Source: an uncultured Rhodothermales bacterium
GTDB taxonomy: Bacteria > Bacteroidota > Rhodothermia > Rhodothermales > UBA10348
DNA length: 54,059 nt
Assembly: GCA_964527795.1 (NCBI GenBank)
Contig: CAZGOS010000002.1
Span: 1 to 54,059 of the forward strand
Direction: 5' to 3'
A model generated the notes under the pieces. That model saw only the letters and a program-made list of their open reading frames with translations, was not told the origin of the DNA and ran no database searches. A program made the position numbers and the translations under genes. Below, in pieces: positions 26,358 to 36,320 of this stretch. Position 1 is the first letter of the stretch; the number at the start of each line of letters is the position of its first letter.

Positions 26358-27620
26358 CTATAGTTCATCGAACCATGTTTTCATGCGGTTGGCGATGCTT
26401 CGCACAAGCCCATCACCGTTCATCGAACCGTTTGCACCTATTCCCATTTCCGTCCGGAAAGGCGTACCGCTGATCATCTCCGGGCGCAGACCATACATAA
26501 CCAGACCAACACCGGTTGCGAATTTCGGGTCGCTGACTTCCTGAACGATGCCACCTGAAATTCCCATGGGTCGGCCGATTCTGGCTTCGAGCCCCAGCAC
26601 CTGGGCGGCCAGTTCGTCCGTTCCGGAAATCATAGAACCCCCACCCGTCAACACCACACCAGCCGAAAGATGGCGCGAGTATCCGCTCCTTTTTATCTCA
26701 ATGGCTGCGATTTCGAGAATCTCTTCCATTCGTGGCTGAATGATCTGGGCAAGTGTACTTCGTCCGATTCGTTTATCCGTTCGTCCGCCAAATCCGGGGA
26801 TCGTTATATCATCGTCTTCGGCCATCTCGACCAGTGCAAGTCCAAAATTGCATTTCAACTGTTCTGCCTGGTCGCGCATCACGCCGAGTCCTTTTCTGAT
26901 GTCGTCCGTAACCTTGTTGCCGGCGACGGCGACCACGGCTGTGTGCCGGATGGTGTTGTCCTCGAATACAGCGATATCGGTCGTACCGCCACCTATGTCG
27001 ATCAAGGTTACCCCTACCTCCTTCTCATCCGAGTGCAGAACGGCAAAAGAGGACCCGAGCGGCTCCAGAACGATGTCATCGACATGAAATCCGGCCTTCT
27101 GAATGCAGCGGTAAATATTCTTCGCGGCTGAAACGAGTCCCGTGATGATGTGCACGTTCGCTTCGAGCCGCACGCCGCACATGCCGATGGGATCGACGAC
27201 TCCGTCCTGCCCGTCGACGATAAATTCCTGTGGAATCACGTGAAGGATTTCACGATCCGCCGGCATGGCAACGTGCGTCGTATCGTCGAGAAGACGCTGG
27301 ACGTCGGCGTCGGTGATCTCTCCATCTGAATTGGAAATGGTCACGACACCTCGTGACTGGAAGCTCTGGACGTGATCGCCGGCGATGCCCACAATGACAT
27401 TCTGAACATCAACACCGGCCATGCGCTCGGCTTCTTCCACGGCAAGCTGGACGGCAGAAACCGTTCTATCGATGTTAACGACGACACCTCGATTCAATCC
27501 GTCCGATTCGGAAACACCCACACCGAGCACATTGACGCGTTCGAGCTCATCCATTGAAGCAACGACGGCACATACCTTGGTGGTGCCGATATCGAGTCCT
27601 ACTACGATTCTTTCATTCAT
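26358..27620 (-). CDS. ftsA: cell division protein FtsA
   Basis: MNERIVVGLDIGTTKVCAVV..., ...TLIDIGGGTTDIAVF..., ...VVLTGGGSMISG... The ATG at 27620 avoids overlap with ftsQ. Confidence 0.9.
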   Translation of the reverse strand: MNERIVVGLDIGTTKVCAVVASMDELERVNVLGVGVSESDGLNRGVVVNIDRTVSAVQLAVEEAERMAGVDVQNVIVGIAGDHVQSFQSRGVVTISNSDGEITDADVQRLLDDTTHVAMPADREILHVIPQEFIVDGQDGVVDPIGMCGVRLEANVHIITGLVSAAKNIYRCIQKAGFHVDDIVLEPLGSSFAVLHSDEKEVGVTLIDIGGGTTDIAVFEDNTIRHTAVVAVAGNKVTDDIRKGLGVMRDQAEQLKCNFGLALVEMAEDDDITIPGFGGRTDKRIGRSTLAQIIQPRMEEILEIAAIEIKRSGYSRHLSAGVVLTGGGSMISGTDELAAQVLGLEARIGRPMGISGGIVQEVSDPKFATGVGLVMYGLRPEMISGTPFRTEMGIGANGSMNGDGLVRSIANRMKTWFDEL

Positions 27621-27633
27621 GATGTCTGTATCT

Positions 27634-28419
27634 TTATTGATCCGTGAATGGGCCGCGAGCCGATCGGGCTTTTTCACGGGCGATAATCTGACCGGAAAAA
27701 CGGAGGTCTATTAATTCGAACGTGCGATCCTGACGCCTGACCATTCGCTGGTTCCAGAACTCAGCCAGTCGTTCGAGTTTATTTTCAAAATCGTCGTACC
27801 CGAGACGGACCGGAGTCGAGTTGTGCAATCCGGACGGTTCGAGTCTCAGCCAGAACTCGCCCTGATTCACGATCGCCTCTGAAATAAGAATCCCGGCTCG
27901 CTCACGTGTATTTGCAAGGGCGGTCAAGAATTCGAGCATGCGCGCGTCCTCGGTCGGTCTCATCGGATGGTATTCCTCCGGATACCCGGTAAGCAGTGGA
28001 ACATCGTATGCCGACGCGTGAGAAGGCGGCATCTGGTATCCGTAGGCATCCAGATAAAAGCCCGGTCTGCCGCCGGGCAACAAAACCTGCACGATTGGTG
28101 CTCTCTCGCGAATACCAATAATCAGCGTGCCGGTTGGAAGTCGGGTCACATTGGCCCGCGCGACCCACGGGTGATGCGATACGCGGTCTGCAATCAGGCG
28201 CGGAGCTGTCTGGAACATGACGCTGCCCGTTTCAATGCGCGCGAGATCTCTGATTTCATCCGGTCCCGCATTGCTTGCTCCCTGCACATTGACGTGTTCA
28301 ACCTCGACGCGCATCAGCCATCCCCATCCCATGATCCCACTCACGAGAACAATGAGGATAAACATCCCCTGCAGATAACCGGATCGTCTGATATATCCCG
28401 GGAAACCCATCTTAATCAA
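27634..28419 (-). CDS. ftsQ: cell division protein FtsQ (POTRA domain)
   Basis: An N-terminal TM segment followed by VEHVNVQGASNAGPDEIRDLARIETGSVMF... (POTRA), positioned between murC and ftsA. Confidence 0.75.
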   Translation of the reverse strand: MIKMGFPGYIRRSGYLQGMFILIVLVSGIMGWGWLMRVEVEHVNVQGASNAGPDEIRDLARIETGSVMFQTAPRLIADRVSHHPWVARANVTRLPTGTLIIGIRERAPIVQVLLPGGRPGFYLDAYGYQMPPSHASAYDVPLLTGYPEEYHPMRPTEDARMLEFLTALANTRERAGILISEAIVNQGEFWLRLEPSGLHNSTPVRLGYDDFENKLERLAEFWNQRMVRRQDRTFELIDLRFSGQIIAREKARSARGPFTDQ

Positions 28420-29888
28420 GCGGAATCTTCAGTTGTAACATCGGCAGCGGAGATATCGGACACCGACTCGTCCGCGCGTGTGCGCAGTTCATCGACGAGC
28501 ACTCGACTGTAGCGCCAGATATCCCCGGCGCCAAGCGTGAGAACCACATCACCCGTGCGAACCAGGCCGGCAACAAAAGAGGGCATCTTCTCCCGATCGC
28601 GGACATAATGCACTTCGCGGTGTCCAAACGACTGCGCGAGATCGGCAATCACCGATCCATCCACACCTTCTATCGGTTCCTCCCGTGCTCCGTAGATGTC
28701 CATGAGCACGAGCACATCTGCGTCGAAGAACGACCGGGCAAACGCTTCCTTGAAATCTTTCGTCCGCGAATAAAGATGCGGTTGGAAAACGGCTACCAAA
28801 CGGGCGTCTTTCCAGCATTCGGCAGCCGCCTCAAGCGTCGCCAGTATTTCCGTTGGGTGGTGCGCGTAGTCGTCGATGACTTTTATTCCGTCGACTTCGC
28901 CAATCTCGTGCAGCCTTCGCTGCACTCCCGCGTAGGATTTCAGCCCTTCCTCGATCTGCTCGAAGTCCATATCGAGTTCAAGACCTACGGCGATCGCAGC
29001 CAGGGCATTTCGCACATTGTGATGACCAGGTACATTCAGTGTCGCCCGGCCCAGGAATGCGTGGTGGTAGTAGACATCGAACGTCATGATCGATTTATCC
29101 TGTTGTACGTTCTCTGCCCGAACATCGGCCTGGCGAGTGTATCCATACGTCACGATCCGTCGTTCGATACGGTCCAGAATGGCTTGAATATTAAAATCAT
29201 CCAGGCAAACGATGGCCGCACCGAAGAACGGAACACTGTCCGCGAACTGCACAAACGCGTCCAGGATGTCGTCCAGGTCATCATATATATCAAGATGTTC
29301 TTCTTCGATATTCGTAATGACGGCGAGGGACGGCGTCAACCGAAGAAATGTTCGGTCGTATTCGTCCGCCTCTACCAGGATGATATCACCTTCTCCCGAC
29401 CGCGCATTCGAAGCAAACACGGTAACCTTGCCACCGACTATAATGGTCGGATCAAATCCGCCGGCCGATACCACAGCGCCCGCCATCGAAGTCGTCGTTG
29501 TTTTTCCATGCGTGCCGGCAATGCCGACGCCAAACTTCATTCGCATGAGCTCGCCCAACATGACGGCTCGGGAAATCAGTGGAATCCGGCGAGATTCAGC
29601 CTCTTTGGTCTCCGGATTCGTTTTCGGTTCGATGGCAGAAGAATACACGACCACGTCCGGGTCGCCGATCTGCCGCGAGTCGTGACCCTCGTAGATAGTA
29701 GCACCCCTTCCGCGCAGTCGATCCGTGACGTCTGTTCGCTGCAAATCCGAACCAGTGACGGCGTAACCACGCGCCAGCAGCACCTCGGCAATCGAACTCA
29801 TTCCGATTCCACCGATGCCGACCATATGTACGCTTCGGAGACGGCCGAGTGTCGGTTGGCGTCGCGGTATGTTCGGGTTCTCTATCAT
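28416..29888 (-). CDS. murC: UDP-N-acetylmuramate--L-alanine ligase
   Basis: VHMVGIGGIGMSSIAEVLLARGYAVTGSD, GIAGTHGKTTTTSM, and the Mur ligase C-domain. Confidence 0.9.
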   Translation of the reverse strand: MIENPNIPRRQPTLGRLRSVHMVGIGGIGMSSIAEVLLARGYAVTGSDLQRTDVTDRLRGRGATIYEGHDSRQIGDPDVVVYSSAIEPKTNPETKEAESRRIPLISRAVMLGELMRMKFGVGIAGTHGKTTTTSMAGAVVSAGGFDPTIIVGGKVTVFASNARSGEGDIILVEADEYDRTFLRLTPSLAVITNIEEEHLDIYDDLDDILDAFVQFADSVPFFGAAIVCLDDFNIQAILDRIERRIVTYGYTRQADVRAENVQQDKSIMTFDVYYHHAFLGRATLNVPGHHNVRNALAAIAVGLELDMDFEQIEEGLKSYAGVQRRLHEIGEVDGIKVIDDYAHHPTEILATLEAAAECWKDARLVAVFQPHLYSRTKDFKEAFARSFFDADVLVLMDIYGAREEPIEGVDGSVIADLAQSFGHREVHYVRDREKMPSFVAGLVRTGDVVLTLGAGDIWRYSRVLVDELRTRADESVSDISAADVTTEDSA

Positions 29889-31015
29889 ATCCTCCTGAGT
29901 CCAGCCAGGCGGAGCACGTCAGAGGCAATCGCCTCGGCAGCATCGGGAGTCGCATTTCTCCTCGCGGAATCCGACATTTTGCCCAGTCGTTCGCCATCCG
30001 TCCATATCGATCGCCACAGATCGTACAGCCGACTCCGCATCTCACATTCCGGAAGCACTTCCGACGCGCCCACGGCCACCATCCCGCGTGCGTTTTTAGT
30101 CTGGTGATCCTCTGCGACGTTGGGCGACGGTATCAGTATGGCTGGTGTCCCTGTTGCCAACAACTCGCTGCATGTAAGTGCGCCCGCCCGGCAAACTGCC
30201 ATATCTGCAGCAGCGTAAGCCATATCCATTCGTTCGATATACTTCAGCAGCAGAAGCCGCGAATGAGGTTCAACAGATTTTTCGACGCGATCGAAGTACC
30301 TGGGGCCCGTCTGCCATATCACAACCACAGCCGGATCGCGCAGGAAGTCCTTCACCTGGCGCTCAAGTGTCTGGTTGATGGCAAGACTACCACCGGAACC
30401 ACCCAGAACAAGCAATACCCTCTGATCTGGAGCGATCTCAAAAAATGCACGGGCCTGCTCTGGAGATACCTCGGCCAGCTCCCTCCGAACCGGATTTCCG
30501 GAAAGAACCGTGCGTTCTGCCGGAAACGACTGCAAAGTCTCCTGAAACGCTGTATGAATGCGATCTGCAAAGCGGCTGAGTAGGCGATTTGTGATCCCTA
30601 CGTGGGCATTCTGTTCCTGGATCAGAACGGGGCGCCGTCTCTGGTGCGCAGCCCAGATGACCGGACCTGCAACATACCCTCCCGTACCGACAGCGACATC
30701 GGCGTCAAAGTGATCGACCAGATTCCAGCTCTGCCAGGCGCCTTTCATCGCGGTGAACGGCACTTTCAGGTTGGTCAGCGCCGGCCTGCGTTCGATACCC
30801 TGTGCCGCGACATCGTGGATGGGGTAACCGGCTTTTGGAACCGCTCGCCATTCGATTCGATCTTTCGAGCCGGCAAACGCTACGACGGCATCAGGCCGCA
30901 GACGTTTTACGGCGTCTGCAATCGCAATCGCCGGATACACATGTCCACCGGTACCTCCACCTGTGATAAGTATGCGTGGTGGGTCCGCGCGTTGATATGA
31001 GAGTGCCGTTGTCAT
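29885..31015 (-). CDS. murG: UDP-GlcNAc:lipid I N-acetylglucosaminyltransferase
   Basis: RILITGGGTGGHVYPAIAIADAV..., ...LVLGGSGGS..., ...CRAGALTCSELLATGTPAILIPSPNVAEDHQTKNA... Confidence 0.9.
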   Translation of the reverse strand: MTTALSYQRADPPRILITGGGTGGHVYPAIAIADAVKRLRPDAVVAFAGSKDRIEWRAVPKAGYPIHDVAAQGIERRPALTNLKVPFTAMKGAWQSWNLVDHFDADVAVGTGGYVAGPVIWAAHQRRRPVLIQEQNAHVGITNRLLSRFADRIHTAFQETLQSFPAERTVLSGNPVRRELAEVSPEQARAFFEIAPDQRVLLVLGGSGGSLAINQTLERQVKDFLRDPAVVVIWQTGPRYFDRVEKSVEPHSRLLLLKYIERMDMAYAAADMAVCRAGALTCSELLATGTPAILIPSPNVAEDHQTKNARGMVAVGASEVLPECEMRSRLYDLWRSIWTDGERLGKMSDSARRNATPDAAEAIASDVLRLAGLRRI

Positions 31016-31022
31016 TCTGTTG

Positions 31023-32162
31023 TCATCGCACCTGGCGTGATACGTTCAGTAGAATGCCCATCATAATTCCGCTCGTGATCAGCGATGTGCCTCCATACGA
31101 CACAAACGGTAGCGCCAATCCTGTAACCGGCAGGAGCCCGGCGGCTACACCTGCGTGTACGAATCCGTAAAGGGACAGCATGATTACGAGACCGATGCTG
31201 ATAAACAATCCCAATGGGTCGGGGGCTCGCCGCGCTATTCTGAGCAGTCCGCGAAAGAGAATCACCACGTAAACAAGAAGAAGAAGAAGCGCACCGATTA
31301 CACCGTATTCTTCAGCGATGATGGCGTAAATAAAATCGTTGTAGGGCGCCGGCAGGAAATCTCGCTGTACGCTTTTCCCTGGGCCGACACCGGACAGGCC
31401 GCCCATTGCAAAGGCGATTTTCGCCTGTTTGGCCTGGTACCCCTCATCCAATTCCGAAAAAACCTCCGCTGACTCCGTGTTCGGAAAAAGTCTGATGCCC
31501 GCATAGGATTCGAGTCGAGCCGCCCGCCCCGGCGATGCAAGCAGTAACATGTACGCGAGCAGCACGCCAACCAGGCACGTAGAAGCGAGGTGCAGCACGC
31601 TTACCCGGGCGATGAAACACATGGTAAGCACGGCTGCCAGTACAAGGGCGGCTGTCGAGAGATCCTCGATTCCAATCGCTGCAACGGTAATCAGCACCCA
31701 GACGAATATGGGTGCAAACGCCCGTGAGAAAGACTTGATATATGTCTGCTTTTTCGCAAGAAGTACGGCGACATACAATAAAAGGGCTACTTTTGCCAGG
31801 TCGGACGGCTGAAAGCCGAATGAACCGAAACGTAGCCACCTCGCCGCACCCCCCGAAACCGCCCCCACAAGCTGCACCGCGAGCAGTAAGGCGAGAGCAA
31901 CAACAAGCGCCACCTGACCATATCTCGCGATTTTGTGGTAATCGATTAAACTGAACCCCCCCATAAGGGCCAGCGCCAGCCCGACGCGGAACAGGTGATT
32001 GAACAGGAATCGTTCGGTATCCCCACCCGATTTGGTCACAGCCAGAAACGAAACGGCGCTATAGACAGCCACAACCCCGACAGCCGCCAGGACCAGGACG
32101 GACCAGAGAACAAACTTGTCTACTGGACCCTGCACAGTTGCTGTTGTCGCTTTTTTCGTCAT
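31023..32162 (-). CDS. ftsW: SEDS-family peptidoglycan polymerase FtsW
   Basis: Polytopic membrane protein with ...FQPSDLAKVALLLY..., ...PAPYNDFIYAIIAEEYG..., ...TGLALPFVSYGGTSL... Confidence 0.9.
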   Translation of the reverse strand: MTKKATTATVQGPVDKFVLWSVLVLAAVGVVAVYSAVSFLAVTKSGGDTERFLFNHLFRVGLALALMGGFSLIDYHKIARYGQVALVVALALLLAVQLVGAVSGGAARWLRFGSFGFQPSDLAKVALLLYVAVLLAKKQTYIKSFSRAFAPIFVWVLITVAAIGIEDLSTAALVLAAVLTMCFIARVSVLHLASTCLVGVLLAYMLLLASPGRAARLESYAGIRLFPNTESAEVFSELDEGYQAKQAKIAFAMGGLSGVGPGKSVQRDFLPAPYNDFIYAIIAEEYGVIGALLLLLVYVVILFRGLLRIARRAPDPLGLFISIGLVIMLSLYGFVHAGVAAGLLPVTGLALPFVSYGGTSLITSGIMMGILLNVSRQVR

Positions 32163-32191
32163 CCGTATCTAATTGCTTCTTCCGGTCTTCG

Positions 32192-33532
32192 TCAGAGATC
32201 CGAAACGAGTCTTTTGAATTCGTCGCCTCGTTCTTCAAAGTTTTCAAACATGTCGAAGGAGGCACATGCCGGACTGAGCAGGACGACTTCTCCCGGCCGA
32301 CCAAGGAGTGATGCGTAGCGCACGGCATCACTCATTCCGTCGGCGAGTATGCATTGATCAACAAAGTCACCCAGTGCAACCTCCACCTTTTCCGCGCTTT
32401 CTCCCATAGCGATCAGGACGCGGACTCGTTGGGATACAATCTTTTTCAAAGGTTCGTAATCGTTTCCTTTATCCCTTCCTCCGGCGATCAGGACGACAGA
32501 TTGGTTCATGCTTTCCAGCGCATACCAGACGGCGTTCACATTCGTCGCCTTCGAATCGTTGACGTATTGCAGGCCGTCGACCTCTCGTACCAGTTCAAGC
32601 CGATGCGGAACGCCTTCGAAACTTGACAGGCTTGAGCGAACGATCTCGCTGCGTACCTCCATCACTCGCGCAGCAATAGCCGCCGCCAGTGAATTGCCCG
32701 CGTTGTGCCGGCCCCGAAGGGCCAACTCATGTGATTGCATTAGCACCTCTTCTTTTGCTCCCGCCCGAAGAACAAGAGCGTTATCCCGAATAAATCCCGC
32801 TGCTGCGCTGATATCAGAAAGCGAGAATGCGTACGTGCTCGGCCCGGAATTCCAGTCCTTTGTTGCCAGGCCACCCATAATCACGTCGTCATCCATATTG
32901 TAAATGAACGCATCACTCTCCGTCTGATTCTCACAGATCCGGAGTTTGCTCGCTGCATAAGCCGACATGTCGTTTCCGTACCGATCCATGTGATCGGGGG
33001 TGATATTCAGCAACACGCTCACATTCGGTCTGAAGGAAGCCACGTGATCGAGCTGAAAACTCGAAACCTCGAGCACTACGACATCCTCCGGCCCGGAATC
33101 CTTTACAACATTGGAAAACGGATTTCCAATATTGCCTGCCACGAACACCGTTTTTCCTGCCGCTGCGAAAATGTTTCCGAGCAGGGAAGTCGTCGTGGTC
33201 TTTCCGTTCGAACCCGTAACGGCGACGATCGGAGCCTGGCAAAACCAGGACGCCACCTCTATTTCCGAATAAATAGCCAGCCCCTGTTTCCTGGCTCCTT
33301 CGAGTATATCCGCCGTATCGGGCACTCCCGGACTGGTAACGACATAGTCAGCCTCCAGAGCACGGCCCGTATGTCTCCCATCTTCGTAGGCAATCCCTGC
33401 GTCTTTCAAATACCGTCTATTGTCGGGATCGATCGCAGCATTATCCGTCACAAAAACAGAGGCACCGGCATATTTTAGAAGGCGCGCCGCAGCCATTCCG
33501 CTACGCGCGGCCCCGATCACGGTTGCCCGCAT
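32192..33532 (-). CDS. murD: UDP-N-acetylmuramoylalanine--D-glutamate ligase
   Basis: MRATVIGAARSGMAAARLL (start chosen at 33532; the track ORF extends to 33625), VAVTGSNGKTTTTSL, and the Mur ligase domains. Confidence 0.9.
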   Translation of the reverse strand: MRATVIGAARSGMAAARLLKYAGASVFVTDNAAIDPDNRRYLKDAGIAYEDGRHTGRALEADYVVTSPGVPDTADILEGARKQGLAIYSEIEVASWFCQAPIVAVTGSNGKTTTTSLLGNIFAAAGKTVFVAGNIGNPFSNVVKDSGPEDVVVLEVSSFQLDHVASFRPNVSVLLNITPDHMDRYGNDMSAYAASKLRICENQTESDAFIYNMDDDVIMGGLATKDWNSGPSTYAFSLSDISAAAGFIRDNALVLRAGAKEEVLMQSHELALRGRHNAGNSLAAAIAARVMEVRSEIVRSSLSSFEGVPHRLELVREVDGLQYVNDSKATNVNAVWYALESMNQSVVLIAGGRDKGNDYEPLKKIVSQRVRVLIAMGESAEKVEVALGDFVDQCILADGMSDAVRYASLLGRPGEVVLLSPACASFDMFENFEERGDEFKRLVSDL

Positions 33533-33593
33533 CCTTTCTGCTTTTGGTGATATGATTGCTCTTCCGGTCATTCGTTGAGGGTTGGTCCGAGCG

Positions 33594-34751
33594 TCACCGA
33601 ATTCTGAGAACGAGCAACGCGGCAATCACTGTCAGCGTAGTGATCAGCCAGAATCGCACGACAATTTTGGCCTCATGCATACCCGCGGCTTCAAAGTGAT
33701 GATGGATCGGTGCCATCCGGAATATTCGTTTGCCTATTCCTGTTTTTCTGCGCGTGTACCGGAAATAGGTCGTCTGAATAATCACGGAGAAGGATTCCAG
33801 GAAAAAGACGGCACACAGAATCGGAAGCAGCAGTTCTTTTCGAATCATCAGTGCGAGCGTACCGACCGCCGCACCCAGGGACAGCGATCCCGTATCACCC
33901 ATAAAGACGGACGCCGGATAACCGTTGTACCACAGGAAACCAAAACAGGCAGCGGCAAGCGCCGATGCAAAAACGGTCAGCTCCGAGGCGCCCGGAAGAA
34001 GCATTTCGTTCAGATAGTTGGAAAAGACGACGTTGCCGGCGATGAAGCAGAGCGCCGTAAGGCCAATTGCTACGATTCCCGTCACCCCGGCCGCCAGTCC
34101 GTCGAGTCCGTCCGTGAGATTGACGGAGTTTGACAGCGCCGTCACAACGAAAATCACGATGGGGATGTAAATCACCCAACCCAGATCGACGCCCTGAATA
34201 ACGTATTTGAGAAAGTCGTAGTCGAGTGTTTCATCTGCGACGAAGGGCAGATAGGTGAGCGCCTTAAAATCGCTGAATTGGGGATGGAAATAGAGCACCG
34301 TGCCCACCAGAAGCCCGAGTGTGACCTGTCCGATCAACTTGATTCGAGCCGGTAATCCACTCTTGTTCTGCCGAACGACCTTGATATAGTCGTCTGCAAA
34401 GCCGAAGACACCCATCCACGCAGTGGCCAGCATGATGAGCCAGACATATACTTCCATGATCGCTCCCCAGAGCAGCGTGGATCCCAACACCGAAAGCAGA
34501 ATGATCAGCCCGCCCATCGTCGGCGTTCCGCTCTTATGGGTGTGATCTACGACTCCCGCGATCATACCTTCCCGGACCGTTTCGCCCAGCTGTTTTTTCG
34601 CCAGCCAATTGATGATTGACCGACCGACAAATAGTGAGATCGCCAGCGCCGTGATGGCCGCGAGAGAGGCCCGCACGGTCGAAAATTGGATAACCTGAAA
34701 ACCGGGCGGCTGAAACGCCTCTTCCAGATAGGATATCAGGTAATAAAGCAT
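33594..34751 (-). CDS. mraY: phospho-N-acetylmuramoyl-pentapeptide transferase
   Basis: ...HKSGTPTMGG..., ...NSVNLTDGLDGLA..., ...VFMGDTGSLSLG..., ...RMAPIHHHFE... Confidence 0.95.
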   Translation of the reverse strand: MLYYLISYLEEAFQPPGFQVIQFSTVRASLAAITALAISLFVGRSIINWLAKKQLGETVREGMIAGVVDHTHKSGTPTMGGLIILLSVLGSTLLWGAIMEVYVWLIMLATAWMGVFGFADDYIKVVRQNKSGLPARIKLIGQVTLGLLVGTVLYFHPQFSDFKALTYLPFVADETLDYDFLKYVIQGVDLGWVIYIPIVIFVVTALSNSVNLTDGLDGLAAGVTGIVAIGLTALCFIAGNVVFSNYLNEMLLPGASELTVFASALAAACFGFLWYNGYPASVFMGDTGSLSLGAAVGTLALMIRKELLLPILCAVFFLESFSVIIQTTYFRYTRRKTGIGKRIFRMAPIHHHFEAAGMHEAKIVVRFWLITTLTVIAALLVLRIR

Positions 34752-34776
34752 AGAGTCTCCTTCGTACAGCTCCGGC

Positions 34777-36270
34777 TCAGTTGAATTCTAACCTGTTTTC
34801 CAGCGCCCGGAAAACGGATCTGGCAACGACTCGGTCGTCAAACGGGTGGGTGGTCTCGCCTATTGTCTGATAGGTTTCGTGACCTTTCCCGGCAATGACA
34901 ATCAGGTCTCCGGGTTGACTTTCTGCAGCTGCCGTTTGAATGGCTTCGCGCCGATCGACTACGGCCATTGCGTATTCCGGTCTGGAAAAACCCATCGTTA
35001 TGTCATCGATTATGCTCTCTGGAGATTCTGTCCTCGGATTGTCGCTCGTGACGATGACGCGATCTGCCAGGTCTTCAGCTATTCCGGCCATCATGGCTCT
35101 TTTCCCTTTGTCCCGATCCCCTCCGCATCCGAACACGCACCAGAGTCTTGCCCCGCCGGGTACGATGAGACGGGCAGACCGAAGTAGATTCTCGAGCGCA
35201 TCCGGTGTGTGCGCGTAATCCACCACGACCGTTTTCTCGTCGTGCCCTCTGATCAACTCGAAACGCCCCGATACCGGCGGCGCCTTCTCCAGCGCCCGGC
35301 GCAGATCATGCGCGGAGATATTCAGGCCAAGCCCGCAAGCGTAGGCAGCAGCGATATTTCCTGCGTTGAAACGCCCGGCCAGATGCGATGTCGTCTCCAC
35401 TCCATCCAACCGGATCCCGAGACCGTCCAGATCGTCTTTGAAGATCTCATACCGGACATCTGCATTCTCCGCCGATCCAAACGTGATGATCGTTGCGTCA
35501 ATACCATTCATCATGCTCCGGCCGGCGGGATCATCGATGTTGATAACGGCCGTTGAGTCTGCTCCGAGTCCTTCAAAGAGGCGTTTTTTTGCTTTCAGAT
35601 ACGCCTGTTCCGTCTGGTGATAGTCGAGATGATCACGTGTCAGATTTGTGAACACTGCAGCATCAAAGTCTGCTGCATCTACACGCCACTGATCAAGTGC
35701 GTGAGAGGAAACTTCCATGGAACAGGCCTTGCACCCTGTACGGCTCATCTCCGAAAGCAGATCATACACGCGCACGGGTGAGGGTGTTGTTTCCCCGGCC
35801 GGATAGGTCCGATCTCCGATAAAGTGACCCGTCGTTCCGATAAAACCGCACGGTCGGTCTGCTTCTTCCATCACATGTCGGATCAGCGTCGCTACGGTCG
35901 TCTTGCCGTTCGTGCCTGTTGTTCCGACGAGCGTCAAGTCGCCGGCAGGATCTCCCGCCTGATAGGATGCCATCTCGAGAAGTGCGTGTCTCGAATCTGA
36001 AACGCGTACACAGGCGACGCCGGCTAAGTCCTCCCTCGAGATTGCCGGCGCCGCCTCGTACACGATGGCGACGGCTCCGTTTTTCACAGCCTTGTCAATG
36101 AACAGATGACCGTCGGCTGCATGGCCCTTGATGGCCACGAAACAGTCGTTCGGGTCGATTTCCCGGCTATCGAATCCCGCGCGGTCATATAAATCTGTAT
36201 TCCCGGGGCAGAATTCCATCACCAGACCCTTGGCCTGCATCCGCGCTACTATCGTGGAAAGTCGCCGCAT
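34777..36270 (-). CDS. murE: UDP-MurNAc-L-Ala-D-Glu:2,6-diaminopimelate (or L-Lys) ligase
   Basis: LVGTTGTNGKTTVATL, ...FTNLTRDHLDYH..., ...VDYAHTPDALENLL... mraY follows directly, with no murF. Confidence 0.9.
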   Translation of the reverse strand: MRRLSTIVARMQAKGLVMEFCPGNTDLYDRAGFDSREIDPNDCFVAIKGHAADGHLFIDKAVKNGAVAIVYEAAPAISREDLAGVACVRVSDSRHALLEMASYQAGDPAGDLTLVGTTGTNGKTTVATLIRHVMEEADRPCGFIGTTGHFIGDRTYPAGETTPSPVRVYDLLSEMSRTGCKACSMEVSSHALDQWRVDAADFDAAVFTNLTRDHLDYHQTEQAYLKAKKRLFEGLGADSTAVINIDDPAGRSMMNGIDATIITFGSAENADVRYEIFKDDLDGLGIRLDGVETTSHLAGRFNAGNIAAAYACGLGLNISAHDLRRALEKAPPVSGRFELIRGHDEKTVVVDYAHTPDALENLLRSARLIVPGGARLWCVFGCGGDRDKGKRAMMAGIAEDLADRVIVTSDNPRTESPESIIDDITMGFSRPEYAMAVVDRREAIQTAAAESQPGDLIVIAGKGHETYQTIGETTHPFDDRVVARSVFRALENRLEFN

Positions 36271-36320
36271 AGCGTGCCTGTTCTTCGCTTCTCCCTACCG
36301 GGTATTTCATTGTTGATTGT

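Noticed and set aside
28608-30107. 499-aa plus-strand ORF spanning all of murC and part of murG
   Set aside because: It is exactly antisense to two strongly supported Mur genes. The translation is Arg/Ser/His-rich with no recognisable motifs. This is a typical shadow ORF of a GC-rich coding region.
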